From Candidatus Pacearchaeota archaeon (GTDB taxonomy: Archaea > Nanobdellota > Nanobdellia > Pacearchaeales > UBA284), in NCBI GenBank assembly GCA_038886195.1, contig JAVZYK010000001.1:240168-304167 (forward strand): a stretch of 64,000 nt of DNA. The letters run 5' to 3'. Below the pieces are notes generated by a model. That model saw only the letters and a program-made list of their open reading frames with translations, searched no databases and was not told the origin of the DNA. Below, in pieces: positions 36,086 to 47,731 of the stretch (position 1 is its first letter; every line of letters starts with the position of its first letter). A program made the translations under genes and the position numbers.

Positions 36086-38653
36086 TTATTCTTTTTTATA
36101 TTCTGTCTCTTCCATAACTTTCACTACATCTGTAACTTTATCATCTTGTCTCAATTTAATAATTCTAACGCCTTGTGTATTTCTTCCCATAACTCTAATA
36201 TCTTTACAAGGCACTCTTATAACCATGCCTTTAGCTGTTGTTACTATAATAGAATCTTTAGATGTAACAAGTTGAACAGCCACAACATTTCCATTGCGTT
36301 CTGAACAGTTTATATTTATAATTCCCTTACAAGCTCTTGCAGTTTTTCTATATTCTTCTATAGCGCTCCTTTTTCCGAAGCCCTTTTCTGTTACTGTTAA
36401 GATCGATTCTTTGATATTTTCTTTATTTAATATTTCAAGACCAACAACTTCATCTCCTTTTTCAAGTTTAATAACAGTAACACCATAAGCCGACTTACCC
36501 ATTTTTCTAACTTCATTAGAATTAAATCTTATTGCAATTCCTTTCTTTGTCGCTAAGAAAATTTCATCATCTTCTTTTACAAGCTGTGCTTCTACTATAG
36601 CATCATCTATTGGCAATTTAGCCGCTATAACGCCACTTTGTTTTATTCTAATAAATTCTTCTAAGCCAACTTTTTTACCAATTCCTTTTTTTGTTACAAT
36701 AAACAAATCTCCTTTTAATTGTACTAAAGGAATTACTGCTTTAATTTTATCAGTAATTTGCAACAAGTTTATTAAGGCCTTGCCTTTGCTGTAGCGCGTT
36801 GCTTCAGGAATGTTGTATGCTTTTAATAAATATAATTTACCTCGCTCTGTCAAGAATAAAATAAAATCGTGAGTTGAACATACAAAAACTTTTTCAACAA
36901 AATCTCCTGTTGTAAGTTCAGTTCCTGTAATGCCTTTGCCTCCACGCCTCTGTTCTTGATAGAGCTTTAAAGGCATTCTTTTAATGTAGCCTTTAGCAGT
37001 CAAAAGAACAGCAACTTGTTCTCTTTTTACAAGTTCGAGTTCAGAAACTTCTTTAGGAGCTCTTTCAAGAATTTGTGTCCTTCTAGAGTCCCCATATTTT
37101 CTCTTAAGTTCTTGCAGTTCATGTTTTATAATATCGAGAATGGCTTGTTCATTAGCAAGAATTGCTTCAAGTTCTTTTATTTTTTTCTTTGTCTCTTCAA
37201 AATCTTTCTTTAGTTTATCTTGTTCAAGTTGTGTTAGTCTTTGTAATTTCATATCAAGAATTGCTTGAGCTTGTTTTTGGCTTAATTTGAATTTTGTAGT
37301 CAAACCAGTTAGAGCCTCTGTTATGCCTTTAGATTTCTTAATTAGTGATATTACATCTTCTAAATTTTTCAATGCAACTAATAAGCCTTCCAAAATATGC
37401 TCGTGTTCTTGAGCCAGTTGTAGGTCAAATTGTGTTCTTTTTTTAATAACATATTGTCTATGTTTAACATAACATTCAATTAATTGTTTCAAGTTAAGAA
37501 TTTGAGGTTTTCCTTGAACTAAAGCAAGCATAATTGCATTAAATTTACTCTGTAAAGGCGTCAATTTGAAAAGCTTGTTTAAAATCAATTTTGAATTTGC
37601 TCCTCTTCGCAGCACAAGAACAATCCTAATCTGATCTTTGGCGCTCTCATCTCTTATGTCTGCAACATCTTCAATTTTTTTTGTTTTAACAAGTTCGGCA
37701 ATCTGTTTTATTAATTCGGCTTTATTTATTTGGTAAGGAATTTCTGTAATTACAATATATTCTCTATCTTTTTTTTGTTCAATAGTTGCTTTACCTTTCA
37801 TTATTATGGCGCCTTTACCGGTTTTGTAAACTTCTTCAATTCCATGTGAGAAAATTGAAGCGCCAGTAGGAAAATCAGGCCCTTTAATGTAATTCATTAA
37901 TTCCTCAACCGATATTTTAGGATTTTTAATATACGCAATAATAGCATCTGCTACTTCATTCAAGTTATGTGGAGGAATACTAGTCATCATTCCTACTGCT
38001 ATGCCTTGCGAACCATTGATTAACAAGTTTGGAAGCTTCGCAGGTAAAATTTCTGGTTCTGTCAAAGTGTTATCAAAATTAGGAAGCATTTTGACAGTTT
38101 TCTTTTCAATATCTTGTAACATTTCTTCTGCAATTGCGCTTAAACGAGCTTCTGTATAACGCATTGCTGCGGGTGGGTCGCCATCAATTGAACCAAAATT
38201 GCCTTGGCCCTCGATCAGAGGATAACGCAAAGAAAATGGTTGAGCCATTCTAACGAGAGCATCATAAACAGCAATGTCACCATGAGGATGATATTTTCCT
38301 ATGACTTCACCAACTATGCGCGCTGTTTTCTTTGTTGGTTTATTATGTTGCATCCCTAACAAGTTCATTGCATACAAAATACGACGCTGTACTGGTTTCA
38401 GGCCATCTTCGGCGCTAGGTAGAGCTCGCGAGACAATAACACTCATCGCATAATCAATATAGGCTTTTTTCATCTCTTCTTCTATCCTAGTTATTTGAAC
38501 TTTTTCTTCTTTGCTTATATTTAATAGAGGCGAGACTTTATCTTCTTTATTTTCATTATTATTGTTATTGCTATCGTTATTATTTTTATTATCTTCTTCT
38601 TTCGCTCTTTTTTCTTCTATTTTCTTTTCGTCTACCATTTTATTTTTTAACAA
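36086..38653 (-). CDS. gyrA: DNA gyrase subunit A
   Basis: 855 aa. [40 protein letters not shown] (active-site Tyr), and a C-terminal beta-pinwheel of repeats. The N-terminal about 45 aa is N/K/E-rich. Confidence 0.95.
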   Translation of the reverse strand: MLKNKMVDEKKIEEKRAKEEDNKNNNDSNNNNNENKEDKVSPLLNISKEEKVQITRIEEEMKKAYIDYAMSVIVSRALPSAEDGLKPVQRRILYAMNLLGMQHNKPTKKTARIVGEVIGKYHPHGDIAVYDALVRMAQPFSLRYPLIEGQGNFGSIDGDPPAAMRYTEARLSAIAEEMLQDIEKKTVKMLPNFDNTLTEPEILPAKLPNLLINGSQGIAVGMMTSIPPHNLNEVADAIIAYIKNPKISVEELMNYIKGPDFPTGASIFSHGIEEVYKTGKGAIIMKGKATIEQKKDREYIVITEIPYQINKAELIKQIAELVKTKKIEDVADIRDESAKDQIRIVLVLRRGANSKLILNKLFKLTPLQSKFNAIMLALVQGKPQILNLKQLIECYVKHRQYVIKKRTQFDLQLAQEHEHILEGLLVALKNLEDVISLIKKSKGITEALTGLTTKFKLSQKQAQAILDMKLQRLTQLEQDKLKKDFEETKKKIKELEAILANEQAILDIIKHELQELKRKYGDSRRTQILERAPKEVSELELVKREQVAVLLTAKGYIKRMPLKLYQEQRRGGKGITGTELTTGDFVEKVFVCSTHDFILFLTERGKLYLLKAYNIPEATRYSKGKALINLLQITDKIKAVIPLVQLKGDLFIVTKKGIGKKVGLEEFIRIKQSGVIAAKLPIDDAIVEAQLVKEDDEIFLATKKGIAIRFNSNEVRKMGKSAYGVTVIKLEKGDEVVGLEILNKENIKESILTVTEKGFGKRSAIEEYRKTARACKGIININCSERNGNVVAVQLVTSKDSIIVTTAKGMVIRVPCKDIRVMGRNTQGVRIIKLRQDDKVTDVVKVMEETEYKKE

Positions 38654-39003
38654 GTAACATGAAATAAGCCAGCTTTTCTTGTTTCTGTTTCATTAAAAAT
38701 TTCAATTGCTTTTGGTGTAGCTTCAGTTATAAGTTTAGTGCCATATTTAGAACATTCTCGTTCAACCCCTTGTTCTAAACGACAAGCTTTATATTGCCCT
38801 AAACCTATAATCAAAACCTGAGGTTTTGTTGCAAGCAAACTTTTAATTTCTTCTGTACAAATTACATGATGTGTTCCATACCATTTTTCACTTATATTGC
38901 TTCTTTTAGCTACAATTCCGTTAGCATCGATAACTATGTCATAATCATAAGTTTTATTATCTACAGTTATTTTTCCAAATTTAGTTTCATTTATTTGTAC
39001 CAT
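38647..39003 (-). CDS. MTH938-like (DUF498/NDUFAF3-like) protein
   Basis: 118 aa. [17 protein letters not shown]...[13 protein letters not shown]...[11 protein letters not shown]...[14 protein letters not shown]...AGLFHVTC follows the MTH938 family pattern as I recall it. It overlaps the gyrA start by 7 nt and starts 2 nt after the gyrB stop. Confidence 0.6.
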   Translation of the reverse strand: MVQINETKFGKITVDNKTYDYDIVIDANGIVAKRSNISEKWYGTHHVICTEEIKSLLATKPQVLIIGLGQYKACRLEQGVERECSKYGTKLITEATPKAIEIFNETETRKAGLFHVTC

Positions 39004-39005
39004 TT

Positions 39006-40970
<1,965 letters not shown>

Positions 40971-40974
40971 TCAA

Positions 40975-41008
40975 TTTTATCGTCGAGAATTAAACTTTTT
41001 ATCGTCGA
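40975..41008 (-). repeat. 12-nt perfect direct repeat, 22-nt period, upstream of gyrB
   Basis: ttttatcgtcga occurs at 40975-40986 and 40997-41008 (gene-sense TCGACGATAAAA). That is 32-65 nt upstream of the gyrB ATG at 40943. Confidence 0.5.
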
Positions 41009-41110
41009 CAACATATGAAAGAAAACTATATTTAAAAAGCTTTTGCCTGAATTAAGGCTTAAATCTATGATATATAAAAGAATTAAATTTTTAAGCTTTT
41101 TAATGTTTTT

Positions 41111-42469
41111 TCATTTTTTTATGGGCCTCTTCTTTTTTAATGTGAAGTATAAAATTAAACCCACAATCACTAAAGCAAAAATAACAAGATAATACCAACA
41201 AATTCCAACGCCACCAATATAAATTCCCCAACAAAATCCAAACAAACAGCATAAAGGCTTACATATGTTTCTTTCACATTTGTAAACTTTTCCTAAAAAT
41301 AAAGGACCTAAGTTAAAGCCAAGCTTATCACAGCCACAATCTTTACAGCAGTTATTTTTATTTTCTGCAAGTTCACATCTGTTATCACCACATTTGGCAG
41401 CATAACAATCAGCAGGACAATTTTGCCATGTTTCGCCTTTATCTGGCTCACAAATACCATTGCCGCAAGTTGCGCAATCAGTTGGACAGTTTTCAGCAGT
41501 TTCATTCTTGTCTGTTTCGCAGACAAGATTGCCACAATATATTACACAATCAGGACAATTAGCATAAGTCTCACCCATATCGCAAACATTATCATAGTTA
41601 CAATTAGCACAGCAATCTTGACAACAAGTTACAACATTTTCATTACATTCGGCCTGACAAACGCCATCGCCGCAAAGACATCCTGGACAATCAATAGGAC
41701 AATTTAAGGAAGTTTCAGTAAAATTAAAGCACAATCCGATTATAACATCACAAACACCATTACCACATTTACAATCTTGAGGGCAAGTTATGTTAGTTTC
41801 ATTAAAAGCGGCTTGACATAAGCCATCAGGACAATGACAATCGGAGGGGCAATTAGTGCAATTTTCACCTATTGCAATATCGCAAGTGCCATTCATATTA
41901 CAAATAGCACAATCAATACAATTAGTTACATTTTCGCAACAACCAGTTAAGTTTGTAGGATGGGGCCAACAGAAGCTAGGACAAGGCTCGCAAATTGAAT
42001 TATTGTTACAAATAGTTGGACAATCTTGTGGGCAAGTCAAACAAGTTTCGTTGCCATTGCATATATAATCGCCACAATAAAAAGGAGAACTTAAATTAAC
42101 AGTAGGAGCTTGATCATTTCCTGATTTAGAAAGTTTAACACTTGTATTGGCAGTATGATTTTCATCTTTGAAAATGTAAATATAAACAGTATCGTTTTCT
42201 TGCCATTGTTGCTGGCAATTGCCAATATCTTGAGCATACCAATTGGCTTGTTTAGAATTTCCTGTTACACCAACAATATCAGTAAGAACACAATAGGAAA
42301 CGCCATTTCTAGTCACGTTAAAAGTTACAGTTGCTCCATTAGCATCAGTGCCATCGCTTGCATTATTAACCATTCCATTCACACCGTGCTGGGTGCCGGC
42401 AGAAACGAAAATCATTAATAGAGCCAAGATTAAAATACTAACAGACAAAATCAAAACTGCTCGTTTCAT
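41111..42469 (-). CDS. cysteine-repeat surface protein with C-terminal membrane anchor
   Basis: Sec signal and a beta-rich N-domain. Then about 300 aa with repeated units of the form CG(D/N)G(V/I)C...E(T/N)xxNCPxDC (for example ITCPQDCKCGNGVCD, LNCPIDCPGCLCGDGVCQ, ENCPTDCATCGNGICEP, QNCPADCYAAKCGDNRCE). C-terminal TM helix plus KKKRPIKK tail. Confidence 0.6.
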   Translation of the reverse strand: MKRAVLILSVSILILALLMIFVSAGTQHGVNGMVNNASDGTDANGATVTFNVTRNGVSYCVLTDIVGVTGNSKQANWYAQDIGNCQQQWQENDTVYIYIFKDENHTANTSVKLSKSGNDQAPTVNLSSPFYCGDYICNGNETCLTCPQDCPTICNNNSICEPCPSFCWPHPTNLTGCCENVTNCIDCAICNMNGTCDIAIGENCTNCPSDCHCPDGLCQAAFNETNITCPQDCKCGNGVCDVIIGLCFNFTETSLNCPIDCPGCLCGDGVCQAECNENVVTCCQDCCANCNYDNVCDMGETYANCPDCVIYCGNLVCETDKNETAENCPTDCATCGNGICEPDKGETWQNCPADCYAAKCGDNRCELAENKNNCCKDCGCDKLGFNLGPLFLGKVYKCERNICKPLCCLFGFCWGIYIGGVGICWYYLVIFALVIVGLILYFTLKKKRPIKK

Positions 42470-42688
42470 TTTTCCTCTTTTTATGGAATGATCAGGATTT
42501 TCTTATTTTTAAATATTTTGAAATTGAAAGATAGGCAAATTTTATAAATGTATGAACATTATACTATTCATAGGAAAAATAAAAAAGAGGTAAAAAAAAA
42601 GGAAGCGGTAAATTTATGCAATGGCGATTCTTGATGACAAAATTTTCTTTTAGCAGTGATGTGTTTTATTTAATAAAAACAAGAAAAA

Positions 42689-44719
42689 ATGAGAATAAAA
42701 AGATTAATTAAAGACAAGAAAGGTATAACAAAAACAATTGTAATCGTTTTGCTTATCGCCGCCATTGTTTTTCTAATCTTTTCATCAACCGCGCTCATTG
42801 CACAGAATGAGACAACTAGTACTTTAACCGAAGAAATAAATTCAAATGAAACAAATCAGACCGAGCCGCCCATTGTCGAGCCCGAGTGCTTGACAAACGA
42901 GGATTGTGATGATAACAATGAATCTACTATAGACTTATGCATTGAAGGAAACTGTTCTTATCAAGAAATTGTGCCTCAACAGCCTCAACAAAACGAGACA
43001 AACTTGACAAATTTCACTTTAGTTATTGAAGATTATGAAGGCCACAGAGTTTACGCTCAGCTTTCAATTTATGATAAACAAGAAAAGAAATGGGAGAAAA
43101 TTGATAGAGAAGCGGAGGTAGAGAAAGGTAAACATAAAGTAAAGATAAAATTGACTCAAACTATCAAGGAAATTGAAATTGATTCTTTAGAAATTACTGA
43201 AGCAAAAGAGTATAAATTAAGGATCGACGAAGTGCCTTTGGAGAAAAGTCCAAATGCAGAGGCTGTTCAGATTTATGCAATTGATCCTACACAACTTGAG
43301 TTTAGCGAGGCAATTGTTACTGTAAAAGCAAAAGGCACAGAACTATGGAAATGTAAAGATTGGGACTTTGACTCAAGAACTTGTAATGGCGAATGGACTT
43401 ATTTGATGGCAATTGTTCCTGGCCAAGATTATTCATTCACCTTGACACCGGAAGACCCTGCTTATATAGAATATAATTATAGTAATTATCAAATAGAGGG
43501 CCATATGGCGTGGAGTTCTAATAATGCTTTGTCGAAACCACCTTCTGGAGGCCCTGCAGTACCTAATGAAAAAGAATTGAATTCTACACAATATAGCCAG
43601 ATAAATGCTTCTGACAATATTCGAGCTTCTGTCGCAAGTGCAAATTATAGAACCTTTAGATTTATGTTCAAGCTTAACCAAAGTACAAGCCGGATTGTTA
43701 ATCTAACAATTGCATGGGAAGGCTATACTACTGGAGCAAATGCTGTACAGAGGCGAGTTGATTTATATGTTTGGAATTTTACAAGTAATTCCTGGAGCGC
43801 TTCTTTAGCCAATAACAACCTTGCTGCTGATTATTGGTTAAGATATACCTTTGCACCAAGTTCGCCTGAAGAATTTAAACATATAATAAACTCTACTAAT
43901 CATATAATCTTTCTTGTTGAAACGCCAGATCCTGCTGGAACACAGACTTTCTATACTGACATGGCAAATATTTCTGTTTGGGCTGATATTGTTGGGCCGA
44001 ACATTACTTTTATTAGCCCAACTCCACCCAATGGCAGTTCTCAAAATGAGAGTTGGGTAACAATTAATGCTTCTGTTATAGATGATATGAGTGTACATTC
44101 TTGCATTTTAGATTGGAATGGAACAAATGAAAGTATGAAAGCAGAAACAGGATCAGGCGTTACGTGTTGGATTAACAAAACAAATTTGGCTCCTGGAAAT
44201 TATACATATCGTGTTTATGCCAACGATAGTTATGGAAACTGGAATGTCTCTGAAACAAGAACTATAGAAATAAGAGAAGTTTGTGCTATAGCAATAGGAT
44301 TATCAGAAGAATTAAGCAAGGGAATTTTGTGGAATGTTACTATTTTGCCTGCATCGAATTTAAGCGCAATTGGCAATAATGAAATATCAGAAACTAGTTA
44401 TAACATAACTATCTATATAAATGGAAATTGTAGAGCAGACCTATATATGAGGGCAGAAGATGATTTAAAAACAGAAACGAGCCAAATTATAGGTTTAGGA
44501 AATGAGACTTATTGTTATAATTTAACCGATCCAAATGTTCCTGGAGTTGCTTGTAGAAGCATTACTAAAAATTTTGTAGACAATTTAATAGGAAGCGATT
44601 TAAACAATACAAATGTTATTTATTTAAAATTTTATCTTAATGTTCCTAGTGGCCAACCTTCTGGAATATATAAAAACAACATTACAATTAAAGGCGTCAA
44701 GGCAGGAGAAAATCCTTAA
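42689..44719 (+). CDS. large surface protein; class III-like signal; C-terminal module paralogous to the next gene
   Basis: N-terminus DKKG-ITKTIVIVLLIAAIVFLIF, a small Cys knot (CLTNEDCDD...CIEGNC), and many N-x-S/T sequons. The last about 145 aa align by eye with ORF 44802..45356. Confidence 0.6.
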   Translation: MRIKRLIKDKKGITKTIVIVLLIAAIVFLIFSSTALIAQNETTSTLTEEINSNETNQTEPPIVEPECLTNEDCDDNNESTIDLCIEGNCSYQEIVPQQPQQNETNLTNFTLVIEDYEGHRVYAQLSIYDKQEKKWEKIDREAEVEKGKHKVKIKLTQTIKEIEIDSLEITEAKEYKLRIDEVPLEKSPNAEAVQIYAIDPTQLEFSEAIVTVKAKGTELWKCKDWDFDSRTCNGEWTYLMAIVPGQDYSFTLTPEDPAYIEYNYSNYQIEGHMAWSSNNALSKPPSGGPAVPNEKELNSTQYSQINASDNIRASVASANYRTFRFMFKLNQSTSRIVNLTIAWEGYTTGANAVQRRVDLYVWNFTSNSWSASLANNNLAADYWLRYTFAPSSPEEFKHIINSTNHIIFLVETPDPAGTQTFYTDMANISVWADIVGPNITFISPTPPNGSSQNESWVTINASVIDDMSVHSCILDWNGTNESMKAETGSGVTCWINKTNLAPGNYTYRVYANDSYGNWNVSETRTIEIREVCAIAIGLSEELSKGILWNVTILPASNLSAIGNNEISETSYNITIYINGNCRADLYMRAEDDLKTETSQIIGLGNETYCYNLTDPNVPGVACRSITKNFVDNLIGSDLNNTNVIYLKFYLNVPSGQPSGIYKNNITIKGVKAGENP

Positions 44720-44801
44720 AACGCAAAGCACAAAGTTTAAAAACTTTTTATATTATAATAAAAAGATACTAAAAATAAATATTAAAAAGAGGTAAGTTAA
44801 A

Positions 44802-45356
44802 ATGAAATTAAATAAATTTTTAATTTTTTTAGTAGTTGCAGTAATTGCATCTATATCGTTGATAAAAATAGAAGCACAACAAAGTGAACAAACTACCATT
44901 AGTAATGTAACTGTTGCAGAATATGTTGCTATTGGGTTAAGCACAGATTTAGCAGAAGGGATATTATTTGGAAGCGTTGATCCAGCAACTAATGACAATA
45001 ATGCCACAAAAAACTATGCTGGGGCAGGAGGAGCAACAACTTATTATGTAGCAGTATCTTCTGATAGTAATGTAAATGTTGATTTATGTATAAAGGATAA
45101 TGCTCCTCTAACAAGTTCTGGAGGCCAAACAATACCAAACAATGGCTATACTTGGGATGATGATAGTTCTGGTACAGGACCTACACTTCCTGGCACAGCA
45201 ATGAGTACAACTTATGTTAAAACTGGAGTAACCAATATAGCGCCTGGAGACAATGATTACTTCAGATTCTGGTTAGATATTCCGGCAGGACAACCAGCGG
45301 GCGTTTACAATAACACAGTTTACTTCAAAGGAATAAAAGTTGGAGAAAGTTGTTAA
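44802..45356 (+). CDS. small secreted protein, candidate fibre or major subunit (paralog of the C-terminus of the preceding gene)
   Basis: SD-like aaaagaggtaag upstream and a Sec signal ...SLIKIEA-QQ. YVAIGLSTDLAEGILFGSV and C-terminal FRFWLDIPAGQPAGVYNNTVYFKGIKVGESC match AIAIGLSEELSKGILWNV and LKFYLNVPSGQPSGIYKNNITIKGVKAGENP in the upstream protein. Confidence 0.6.
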   Translation: MKLNKFLIFLVVAVIASISLIKIEAQQSEQTTISNVTVAEYVAIGLSTDLAEGILFGSVDPATNDNNATKNYAGAGGATTYYVAVSSDSNVNVDLCIKDNAPLTSSGGQTIPNNGYTWDDDSSGTGPTLPGTAMSTTYVKTGVTNIAPGDNDYFRFWLDIPAGQPAGVYNNTVYFKGIKVGESC

Positions 45357-45439
45357 TTTTATTTTTTTATTTTATTTTTTTTAATTTATAATGAAAATTT
45401 TTTAAAATTGAATAAATTAAATAAAATCAAAAATAAAAG

Positions 45440-46036
45440 ATGAAAAATAAAGATGTTTTTTTTATCTTTTGTTTAACCTTCTTTTTTATTCTATCATCCG
45501 CTAATGAAAGTTATGCAGCTACTGTAGGAATAGGTTTAAAATGGTTTACAGAAAGCGAGTATGTTAAAGAAGGCACAATAAAGTGCATTGATTATGGTTT
45601 ATATAATCCTTTTGATCAAGATGTTCGTGGTTATTTGGTAGCTACCAAAGATTTAGAAAGTCTATATGATGCTGAAAAACCAAAATTGATTCCTGCGAAT
45701 ACTTCTTCTAAAAATGCTATTCTAACAAAAATATGTTTTAAAATTCCGAAAAAAGTTTATCAAGAAAATTGTATTTTAGGGATGATGTGTGAAAAAAAAT
45801 GTGAAAATATAGAAGAAAAATCATACAAAGGAGAAGTAATAGCTCAATATGATATTTCAAGACCAAATCAAGGAGTGGGTTCTGTTGTCGGATCGAGTTT
45901 TGCCGCTCCTTTAGAACTTAAAGTTAAATGTGAAAAAAAAGAAAGAAATTGGCTTCCTTTAATTCTTGTAGTAATTATAGTGGCGGCGATAATTGTTTGG
46001 CAGTTAATTAAAAGGAAACACAAAAATAGATTTTAA
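45440..46036 (+). CDS. secreted protein with C-terminal TM anchor
   Basis: Sec signal (...SSANESYA-A), about 150 aa of beta-rich domain, a TM helix (WLPLILVVIIVAAIIVWQLI) and a basic tail KRKHKNRF. Confidence 0.55.
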   Translation: MKNKDVFFIFCLTFFFILSSANESYAATVGIGLKWFTESEYVKEGTIKCIDYGLYNPFDQDVRGYLVATKDLESLYDAEKPKLIPANTSSKNAILTKICFKIPKKVYQENCILGMMCEKKCENIEEKSYKGEVIAQYDISRPNQGVGSVVGSSFAAPLELKVKCEKKERNWLPLILVVIIVAAIIVWQLIKRKHKNRF

Positions 46037-46039
46037 AAG

Positions 46040-47680
46040 ATGCGCTATGATAAGAAAAAACTAATATATGTAATTATATTTGCATTATTTTTATTGTTCG
46101 TTTTAGAAATAAAAGAAGTTGATGCCAATATCCAAGAAGCTTCTTCGAGTACCTACATTTCAGAAATTGCTTGTAATTGGTCTGTGGTTCCAATGGAAAT
46201 AAATACAACTGCGGAGTTGGGAGAAAATAAATCTGAAATATTAACACTATTTACTAAAAGCACATCCAATGAAGGAAAACCTTGTAATAAAGGAACAATT
46301 TTAAATATAAATTCTGAAGGAGAAATTGCTTCTTGGATAAATTTTAATGAAAGTTCAATCGTGCTAGGCTATAATGAAACTAAATACGTTTTGGTTAAAA
46401 TAAATGTACCTTTCAATGCTACCCCTTACATTCATACTGGACAAATAAAACTATCTAATCTAACTCACACCATATTAGTTAATATAAATTTAAATATAAG
46501 CGATAATGTTGGAAAGGCGAGATTCATTGTAACGAGTTCTGGTTCTCCATTGAGTTATGCGAAGATAGAAATCTTAAAAAATAATTCAAAAATAGAAGAG
46601 GGTTTTAGTAATAACTTTGGAGTTTGGGAAAGTGGTTGGTTGCCTGTTGGTGAATATTCTGCCACAATATCCAAAACAGGATATCAAACAGGAATTATTT
46701 ATTTTAATATAACAAAAAATATTACTGTCAACATTTCTGTTAGTTTAACAAAAATATCTGGTGGAGGTGGTGGCGGCGGAGGTGGTGGTGGAGGTGGCGG
46801 AGGAGGTTATATTGCTCCCAGCTTTCCTCAAATTCCTTTCTTTTTAACTAAGCAATGTATAAATATAGATAAAGAAATCATAAGAATAAAAATAAAACAA
46901 GGGACAAAACAAAAAGAAAGCATTAAAGTAAAAAACATTTGTAATTTTCCTATAAACATATCTGTAGACATAGGAAATATAATAGAATTTATAGAAATAA
47001 AAGAAGGAGAGCTATTAATAAGTTCTAATATAGAATTAGAGTTGAAGCCAAGCGAAGAAAAAATTTTAATTTTAAATTTTTTCGTTGGTGAAAATCAAGA
47101 AGTAAATGTTTATTCTCGTTTAATTTATATAAAAGAAAAAGATAAAGCAATAAAAATTCCAGTAATAATAGAAATAATGCCAAAAGAAACTGTATTAGAT
47201 TTAATTATTGAAATTCTTCCTCAACATTTAGAAATATATCCGGGCCAAGAATTGATGGTAAAAGTAAAAATATATAATTTTGGCGCGGGAAAAGAAGATT
47301 GTACAATTGATTTGTATATTAAAGACATGCAAGACAACATAATAAAACACAAAAAGAAAACCCTTGCAGTTTATAATCAAATAGAATATATAGAAACTTT
47401 TACTCTCCCTAAAAAAATAGAATATGGAAAATATTTGGTTTATGGAAAAGTGGTATCGAAGGGCCAACAAGAATCAGTTTCTTCTGCGATGTTTTATATA
47501 GTAGAGCCAAAAATTTTAGGAATTAATAAAAGATCGTTTTTTATAATAATAATTGTAATAGTTTCATTAGTTGGGATTTTATTTTGGATTTTGATTAAAA
47601 ATATACTCCTAAAAGAAGCTCTTTCAAATTTAAAACAAAAATATAAAATACACATGATAAAACACTATATTAAACGATAA
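46040..47680 (+). CDS. surface protein with beta-sandwich modules, Gly16 linker and C-terminal TM anchor
   Basis: Signal peptide. A CarboxypepD_reg/PEGA-like stretch (ARFIVTSSGSPLSYAKIEIL...GEYSATISKTGYQTG), G16, a CARDB-like stretch (LEIYPGQELMVKVKIYNFGAGKEDCTIDLYIKD) and a C-terminal TM helix. Starts 3 nt after the previous stop. Confidence 0.55.
   Translation: MRYDKKKLIYVIIFALFLLFVLEIKEVDANIQEASSSTYISEIACNWSVVPMEINTTAELGENKSEILTLFTKSTSNEGKPCNKGTILNINSEGEIASWINFNESSIVLGYNETKYVLVKINVPFNATPYIHTGQIKLSNLTHTILVNINLNISDNVGKARFIVTSSGSPLSYAKIEILKNNSKIEEGFSNNFGVWESGWLPVGEYSATISKTGYQTGIIYFNITKNITVNISVSLTKISGGGGGGGGGGGGGGGGYIAPSFPQIPFFLTKQCINIDKEIIRIKIKQGTKQKESIKVKNICNFPINISVDIGNIIEFIEIKEGELLISSNIELELKPSEEKILILNFFVGENQEVNVYSRLIYIKEKDKAIKIPVIIEIMPKETVLDLIIEILPQHLEIYPGQELMVKVKIYNFGAGKEDCTIDLYIKDMQDNIIKHKKKTLAVYNQIEYIETFTLPKKIEYGKYLVYGKVVSKGQQESVSSAMFYIVEPKILGINKRSFFIIIIVIVSLVGILFWILIKNILLKEALSNLKQKYKIHMIKHYIKR
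46760..46807 (+). repeat. in-frame run of 16 glycine codons
   Basis: ggt gga ggt ggt ggc ggc gga ggt ggt ggt gga ggt ggc gga gga ggt read directly from the sequence. Confidence 0.9.
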
Positions 47681-47731
47681 ATTTATAAGCCAAAACAAAC
47701 AAAAATAAATATAAAAAGAGTAAAAATAAAA

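Noticed and set aside
35819-36304. ORFs 35819..36304 and 35877..36275 on the plus strand
   Set aside because: They are antisense to the ferredoxin gene and the gyrA 3' end. They are F/L/I/S-rich with no motif, and the minus-strand genes are unambiguous.
42625-42670. UGAUGA and GUGAUG words suggesting a C/D-box sRNA in the intergenic region upstream of ORF 42689
   Set aside because: There is no CUGA D or D' box at the required spacing and no terminal stem. This is most likely chance in AT-rich promoter DNA.
42599-42700. 31-codon upstream ORF (MQWRFLMTKFSFSSDVFYLIKTRKNENKKIN) overlapping the start of ORF 42689
   Set aside because: It is too short and compositionally unremarkable to support as a gene or regulatory uORF without conservation or ribosome-profiling data.
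46760-46807. The G-rich tracts 46760..46807 and 14835..14888 as G-quadruplex or regulatory elements
   Set aside because: Both are in frame and encode Gly or Gly-Asp linkers between domains of surface proteins. A coding explanation is sufficient.
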